A stretch of DNA of 64,000 bases from positions 64,604,001-64,668,000 of the forward strand of contig OX597827.1 of assembly GCA_951406725.2 (NCBI GenBank), read 5' to 3'. The notes under the pieces are model-generated. The model was given only the letters and a program-made list of their open reading frames with translations, was not told the DNA's origin and searched no databases. Of the stretch, positions 56,964 to 64,000 are shown piece after piece. The stretch's first letter is position 1. Every line of letters starts with the position of its first letter. Source of the stretch: Octopus vulgaris. Its lineage: Eukaryota. A program made the translations under genes and the position numbers.

Positions 56964-57254
56964 ATATTCTGTTGTGTCTGGGGAGAGTCATTTTCTTTTT
57001 GTGCCTTATTAGATCAACTTGCCCAAGGCAACACACTCACCGGTGAAATTTCCACTTATTTCTTATTTTTATTTTCCTAAAATTTTCGTTGCATCTTGCA
57101 ACCTTTTCAAGAGTCAAGACTATTGAAAAGGTTGCAAGACGCAACGAAAATTTTAGGAAAATAAAAATAAGAAATAAGTGGAAATTTTACCGGTGAGTGT
57201 GTTACATTATAAGGCACAAACAGAAAATGAGGCTCCCCAGACACAACAGAATAT
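56964..57254. repeat. Fold-back element between (TA)n tracts; left arm extends to about 56911
   Basis: atattctgttgtgtctgggga / tccccagacacaacagaatat; centre near 57116. Confidence 0.92.
57120..57156 (+). ncRNA. Minimal hammerhead motif, U3-A8 variant (mirror copy 57077-57113 -)
   Basis: cta-TTGAAAA-g-GTTGC aagac GCAAC-GAAA-at-TT-tag. Confidence 0.78.
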
Positions 57255-57314
57255 ATATATATATATATAATCAAATCAAATTTCGCAAATATATATAATC
57301 AAATAAAATTCGCA

Positions 57315-57748
57315 AATTCAATGACTGGCACCCGAGAGTGATAGCTGCCAGAGCAGCCGACCGGCTCCCGTGCCGGTGGCACGTAAAAAGTACCATTCAA
57401 ACGTGATTGTTACCAGCGTCGCCTTACTGGCACTTGTGCCGGTGACACGTGAAAAACATTAGAGCGAGGTCATTGCCGGTGCCGCTGGACTGGCTCCAGT
57501 GCAGGTGGTACTTAAAAAATCACCACTTGAGCGCGGCCGTTGCCAGTACCGCCTGACTGGCCCTCGTGCCGGTGGCACGTAAAAGCAACCACGACACTCT
57601 CGGAGCGGTTGGCGTTATGAAGGGCATCCAGCTGTAGAAACTCTGCCAGATCAAGATTGGGGCCTGGTGCAGCCATCTGGTTTGCCAGTCCTCAGTCACA
57701 TCGTCTAAGCATGGAAAGCGGACGCAAAACAATGATGATGATGATGAT
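57315..57748 (+). mobile_element. GC-rich non-autonomous retroposon with internal tandem repeats and (GAT)n tail
   Basis: Repeated gtgccggtggcacgtaaaa units; gaagggcatccagctgtagaaa resembles RTE-associated UTR sequence; family assignment uncertain. Confidence 0.6.
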
Positions 57749-57774
57749 ATATATATTCTTTCTTTCTTTCTTTT

Positions 57775-57975
57775 TTTTCTTTTACTTGTTTCAGTCATTT
57801 GACTGCGGCACCGCCTTTAATCGGGCAAATCGACCCCGGGACTTATTCTTTTGTAAGCCCAGTACTTATTCTATCGGTCGCTTTTGCCGAACCGCTAAGT
57901 AACGGGGACATAAACACACAAGCATCGGTTGTCAAGCAATGCTAGGAGGACAAACACAGGCACAAACACACACAA

Positions 57976-58056
<81 letters not shown>

Positions 58057-58213
58057 GACGGGCTTCTTTCAGTTTCCGTCTACCAAATCCACTCACAAGG
58101 CTTTGGTCGGCCCGAGGCTATAGTAGAAGACACTTGCCCAAGGTGCCACGCAGTGGGACTGAACCCGGAACCATGTGGTTGGTAAACAAGCTACCTACCA
58201 CACAGCCACTCCT
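57775..58213 (-). mobile_element. CORE-like tRNA SINE
   Basis: Collinear with 16747-17359. Confidence 0.87.
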
Positions 58214-58221
58214 GTGGCTTT

Positions 58222-58421
58222 AACAAAAGGTTAAATACTGGTCATAGAGTCACAAAAGGTTATCGTATCTGCAAAAGCCACTGCTTTGTGGACAGCTCGT
58301 CAGTTTCTATACAAAGACCTCTTTGTATAGAGTCTGACGTGCTGTCCACAGGGCTGTGGCTTTCGTGGATACGAAACACGAAATCTTTGCCTACTCTATG
58401 ACCAGTATTTAACATTTTGTT
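58222..58421. repeat. Fold-back element with degenerate hammerhead-like motif
   Basis: About 95 bp arms; ATAGAGT-CTGACG(T/A)-long stem II-GAAA...ACTCTAT. Confidence 0.75.
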
Positions 58422-58463
58422 GTAATAATTACAGCTCTATTCTCTAGAGTATGCTTTTTTCTG

Positions 58464-58519
<56 letters not shown>

Positions 58520-59811
58520 ATATACATATATATATATCTACACGTACACACATATATATGTATATATGTCGAATCAGACAGGCACAAACACACATACACA
58601 CACAGACACACACACATGTGTGTATATGTGTGTATGTTTGTTTTGCTTACAAAAAATAGATGGACAATGACAACGATGTTATAATTTATTTACTGTCATC
58701 ATACTGTCATTTAGGTGGGTTTTTTTTTGTCTGCAAGCCATATTTATAGTTTTATTGAGACAGGTCGCCCTCTGGTGAGTGGCTGGGGGGAGGCTGCGTA
58801 TGCAAATTAGAGACCATTAGTTTCAAAATTGCACATACATACATACATATGTGCATATATGAACACCTAAGAAACGGTTTTTATTAACAGTGAATTTTAT
58901 ATATTCGTGCGACTCTATTTCTAACCTTTACTCTTTCTCCTTCATTTCTGACTCTCTCGCCTTCTTACGCTCCTTTCTCTTTTTCCCCCTTCATCCCTTT
59001 CCTTGTTTTCCCTCTGTCGTTCTCTCTCTCTCTCTCACTCCTCTGCCTGCTGCTGACACTTGACCCGTGGCCAGCCCTTCTTCCCCTTCCATTTTTACAA
59101 GGGTTGCGTAATTGACCAGTTTTGAATTCTCTGTTTCCCACTATCTTGCCATTCGTTGTTCTCTAATCCTTTAGGATTCCTTTTAAAGCGTTACCCACCA
59201 TTCTTGTCATGGTGGTCACGAGGCTGTATTTTACTTGTTTCTTGTTTATTTCCGTCCTTGTCCATCGTCTTAAATTACATTTATTCACTTTCGTATGTCC
59301 ACTTTCTTATTTCTTTATTGCCCACAAGGGGCTAAACATAGAGGGGACAAGTAAAGACAGACAAAAGGATTAAGTCGTATGTTCACTTTCTATCGTTTTG
59401 TATACGCTCCACCATATATTCTCCTCAACTTTCGTGGGCACCGCCAGCATGGGAAGTTCTCAGTCTTATCATAGAAGGTGCAAAACCGAGAAATACCATT
59501 TGGTTGATAACTGATGAACAATTAGGGATCTTCTGGGATTGTCTCCCGTCTTATATTTTTTACCCCGTCTTACGTTTTTTAACCTGTCGTTGATTTTTTC
59601 ATTTATTACATGAATACCTACCTATATAAGTCTGCTTTTGTTATTAATAAACTTCAGGGTAGTAATATATTATTTGAAAATTTTTTTTTTACCACCGTGG
59701 CCCAGTACTAATATAGAAAAATTATTCACTAATACACAATTATACGCATACAAATACATACACGCTCGTAAATTATTGCAATATATCTATGTGTATGTCT
59801 TTTTCCTTTTT

Positions 59812-59858
<47 letters not shown>

Positions 59859-59868
59859 CTCTCTCTCC

Positions 59869-59930
<62 letters not shown>

Positions 59931-59981
59931 CTATATATCTATATATATATATATCTATATATATATATATGTATATATATA

Positions 59982-60346
59982 CTAGCAGTATCACCCGGCG
60001 TTGCTTTAGAATTGGAATTTTTGAAAAGTAAACATTTTGCATTATGTAGCTTGTTATTCTCTTTAAGTGAACATTTTTCTGGTTGAAATACACCAAAAAT
60101 GGTGACAGTCAAAAAATCGTAAAAAAATTGGGATTTTCATAGAAAAAAAGCACCTTTTTGATGGAAATAATTTTTGGTGTTAACATGGTCCGATTTGAAT
60201 TTTTTCTTCTACGAAAGGAAGAGCAAGCCTTCTTCTCATACTCTCAATTTTGGTCAACTTGCGCCGCAGGGTCTCGGAGGAGATAGTGTTGGTTGAAGGC
60301 TACCAAACCTGGCATACACAGACAACTTCAGCTTTATATATATAGA
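59982..60346 (-). mobile_element. Non-autonomous Helitron
   Basis: Minus strand a|TCtatatata...CTAG|t, inserted in AT without TSD; the 3' hairpin is more complete in the 15532 copy. Confidence 0.8.
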
Positions 60347-61080
60347 TAATTGGTATGTGTTCACAAAGTACAAACGATTAATACGAAAAAACCCTCCAGG
60401 CTACATCCCGAAAATTCATTTCTTTGCCGAATTTCTACAATGTTTACGGTGATTCGTTTTTATATCTTGATTTTTTATTTTTCATGCAATTTACGCAATC
60501 TTGCACACGTGGTGAACACAGTTCACGTCAAACAGCTGACTGAGTAAAGTTCACTATTCAATGAATGAGATAAGGCCTAAACAAATACATTATCGATTTT
60601 TGCACTGGCGAGATGAATTTCGGAACAGAAATAGCGCAGTTCAATTTTCATTCGCCTAAACTTTAAGTGACCCATTTTTGGTGGTTCTACGATTTGTCGG
60701 CTAGGAGGAGATGTGCCGGGAAGTTAAACACACAGACACACACAGACACAAACACAGACACACAAGTTGAGTTTTATATATATAGATTTTGAATAGAGCG
60801 CAATCACTCATTATTCTTAAATAATTTATAAATAAAAAACACGAATTTTTTGTTTTTATCTTTTTCACCTTTTCACCGACGCCATATTGTCTAGATAATC
60901 TGAATGTGAATATATAAAAATAATTATTAATGTTTTCCTAGTATTAGAATGTTCGCTGCATTTTTTTATGTTTTTATTGCTTCGTTTCGTTTATTTTCCT
61001 GTCTGCTGTTTCGCTGTAACTTTACGTCTTCGTTATCAATTTATTTGTATTTATTTTAGTTTGGATGCACTGGCATTTTC

Positions 61081-61150
<70 letters not shown>

Positions 61151-62099
61151 TTATAAAAAAGTGGGGCTGTGACTTCGAAGTCTCAGCCGTCTTGTATTTG
61201 TCTAACTGTGTTGTTCTTCGCTTTAATGTTAAATTGTTATTATAAATCGGCATGAAACCAAATAGCCTTCTTTCTTTCTTTCTTTCTTTTTCTCCCTCTC
61301 TCTCTATCTATAATACACACGTATACATACATGCATGCATACACACATTACGGTGACCTATCTGGCGGGAACCAAAACTAATAAAAACAAAAAGAAAAAA
61401 AAACAAAATAAAAAGCACGATATAAAGATTTATTAAAAGTCTTGGAGAGTTGAATATGCCGAACCAATTGAATCTTGGCAGAAATAAATAGTAAAAAAAA
61501 CCTGGTCTGGGGTAAAATATTTTGAAGAACGAATTAACGTATGCCTAAAGGCAAAAAAAAAAAAGCTACGGAAAAAACCCACAGAAATATTGCACAACGT
61601 GTAGGAGGTAAAACTTGCTTTCTGAGGCTGGCTTAACTTCACATGTCAGAAGTTATCTGTTGTAGTTGGCTCAAGTAACAAAATGATCATTTCAGCAGAC
61701 ACGCTCAGCGGCTATTTGTAAAATATTATCAAACAAACTAAAATACCAAATCATAGTAAAATGTAACACAGACACAGCGCAACAAATACCTCGTACACTA
61801 TATTTTTTTTACAAATGCATAAAATTACGCAGAAAATATGAAGTAAAGACATTAGCACAAACGCCGTAATACATCAAATCATAAAGTTCTATATTTAACA
61901 GATGAGGAATTATGTACATTATGTACATTACATTATCTACATTATTTACATTTTAGACGGATATTTGTCCCACCAACAAACAAGATGAGAACTATCCGTC
62001 AAATGAACATAATGTAAATGATGTAATGATCAAGTCATAAAATCGAATAACATCTTGCAAAATGCGTGAAAAATAATTTGAAATGTCTTAATAATAACA

Positions 62100-62425
62100 A
62101 ACCCAGCTCATCATGCTTTTAATAGCAGCAAGCAAAGACGTATCAACCACGGCTCATCGTGCCTGTAGCAGAAGCATGTAAACCTGGCTCAATATGTGTT
62201 TGCTAAATACGTATAAACTCGGATCACTACGAATATAATCGAGGCTTGTAAACCCAGCTCAACATGCCTTTACATGAAGCAGGTAATTCCAGTCCACCAT
62301 GCATTTAGCAGAAGCATGTAAGCATGGATCATTATGCATTTACTAGAAGGACATAATCCCGGTTCATAGTGTGTTTACTAGAAGTATGTAAGATCAGGTC
62401 ATCATGCATACAGTAGAAGCATGCA
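62100..62425. repeat. Degenerate 35 bp minisatellite
   Basis: Unit starts at 62283, 62318, 62353, 62388; consensus-like gtaa..c.gg.tca.catgc.ttta..agaagcat. Confidence 0.75.
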
Positions 62426-62429
62426 GTAG

Positions 62430-62830
62430 AAGGCGGTGAGCTGGCAGAAACGTTAGCACGCCGGGCGAAATGCTTAGCGGTATTTCGTCTGCCGTTACGT
62501 TCTGAGTTCAAATCCCACCGAAGTCGACTTTGCCTTTCATCCTTTCGGGGTCGATTAAATAAGTACCAGTTACGCACTGGGGTCGATATAATCAACTTAA
62601 TCCGTTTGTCCGTCCTTGTTTGCCCTCTTTGTGTTTAGCCCCTTGTGGGTAGTAAAGAAATAGGTATTTCGTCTGTCTTTATGTTCTGAGTTCAAATTCC
62701 GCCGAGGTTGACTTTGCCTTTCATCGTTTCGGGTTCGATAAATTAAGTACCAGCTGCGTACTGGCTCGATATAATCGACTGACCCCCTCCCCCAAAATTT
62801 CGGGCCTTGTGTCTAGAGTAGAAAAGAATA
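62430..62830 (+). mobile_element. Meta-like SINE dimer; second unit has a different tail
   Basis: Junction aaagaaata|ggtatttcg at 62662/62663. Confidence 0.87.
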
Positions 62831-63019
62831 GTTATCGAATGCATTTTGAAAGATTCCATGTTGGATCTGCCGTAGAAATGATGTTTATATTTATTTCTGG
62901 TAACGGTACGAAGCTGCATCATTTGCTGTTGTTGTTCTTATTGTCGTTGTTGTAGTGTTGATACTTTAATCGCATCTGTTTTGTATTCCAACACCAAAGT
63001 CAAGAGTAACGAATGCAAT

Positions 63020-63490
63020 GAGGACGACAACAGGATGAAGAAGAAGAGGAAGAGAAAAAGGATAAGAAGAAGAAGGGGAACAAGAAGAAGTAGAAGACGA
63101 AGAAGATGATAAGAATGGAGAATGTAGAGGACAAAGAAGAGGGAAAAGAAAAAAGAAGAGGGAGGAGACAAAGAAGTAGTAAAACAAAGAAAAAGGAAGG
63201 AAAGAAGGAGAAAGAAAACAACAGAGAAGAGGAAGGGGAATTCAAAAGAAGGAGAAAAAGAAGATAAAGAAGTAAAGGCAAAGAAGAAAAAGAGGAAGAA
63301 AAAGAAAAGGAAAATACGAAGAAGGTGATAAAGAAGACGAGGAAGAAAAGACAAAGAAGAGAGTAAAAAGGAGAAAAAGATGACAAAGAATAAGAAGAGA
63401 AGATAATGAAGAGGATAAAGAAGAAGGGAAAAGATAAGAAAAAGAAGACAAAGAAGAAATAGAAAGAAAGAGAGGAAGAAGAAAAAGCTA
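63020..63490. repeat. Purine-rich (GAA/GA) low-complexity tract
   Basis: Directly visible. Confidence 0.9.
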
Positions 63491-63812
63491 GTATAAAGAA
63501 CCAACGTATACAATACTCAAAACTCATTGTCTTAATAGGTTAAGATGAAGCACTTTGCAAAGATGGGTAAATAGCCTCAATCCGTTTCAGGCTTCTTTTT
63601 GTTTGAAGACAGGATTGCTTAACTATTGACTGTCTGATTGTAAGAAATATTTACTCGAAAATTAAAAGCCGTATAGAATATGTTTTCTTTAGTTCAGCTC
63701 TGTTTCATGATTACATAATATATACGGCTTCGTGTCCTCCAGGTCAACTTCGACCTTTATTTGTATCGAGGGATTTATTTTATTTACATTACATTACATT
63801 TTTTTTTTACAT

Positions 63813-63975
63813 AGGCGTAGGAGTGACTGTGGTAAGTAGCTTGCTTACGAACGACATGGTTCAGGGTTCAGTCCCACTGCGTGGCACCTTGGGTAAGTGT
63901 CTTCTACTATAGCCTCGGGCCGACCAAAGCCTTGTAAGTGGATTTGGTAGACGGAAACTGAAAGAAGCCCGTCAT
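63813..63975 (+). mobile_element. CORE-like tRNA SINE head
   Basis: Reverse complement of 17195-17359. Confidence 0.85.
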
Positions 63976-64000
63976 ATCTATGTATATGTGTATACGTTTG

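Noticed and set aside
62938-63527. F/L/S-rich minus-strand ORFs and K/E-rich plus strand
   Set aside because: Purine-rich low complexity, with no domain motif or supportable splice structure

Overview
Eukaryotic, AT-rich DNA saturated with microsatellites and transposons, with no host gene I can support. The SINE families and (TA)n/(TATG)n load resemble octopus (coleoid cephalopod) DNA, which is an inference. Nearly all ORF-track entries are microsatellite artefacts. Real coding remnants are: (i) Tx1-type (L1 clade) LINE copies, three of them in a head-to-tail array separated by (TATC)n; (ii) a 3.4 kb fold-back insertion of a Penelope-like element (RT + C-terminal GIY-YIG, Neptune-like) between two (TA)n tracts; (iii) four decayed mariner transposons; (iv) CR1-group LINE 3' ends. 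The most notable signal is non-coding. The Penelope-like element carries a minimal hammerhead ribozyme (HHR) motif with a U3-A8 core swap. About ten further HHR-like motifs, mostly unrelated in sequence, lie mainly in short fold-back elements next to (TA)n/(TAA)n tracts and repeat the geometry of the large element. Two SINE-LINE 3'-tail matches are also visible: a Meta-core-like SINE with Tx1, and a CORE-like SINE with a CR1-group LINE (covarying hairpin). All structures were read by eye; no search or folding program was run.
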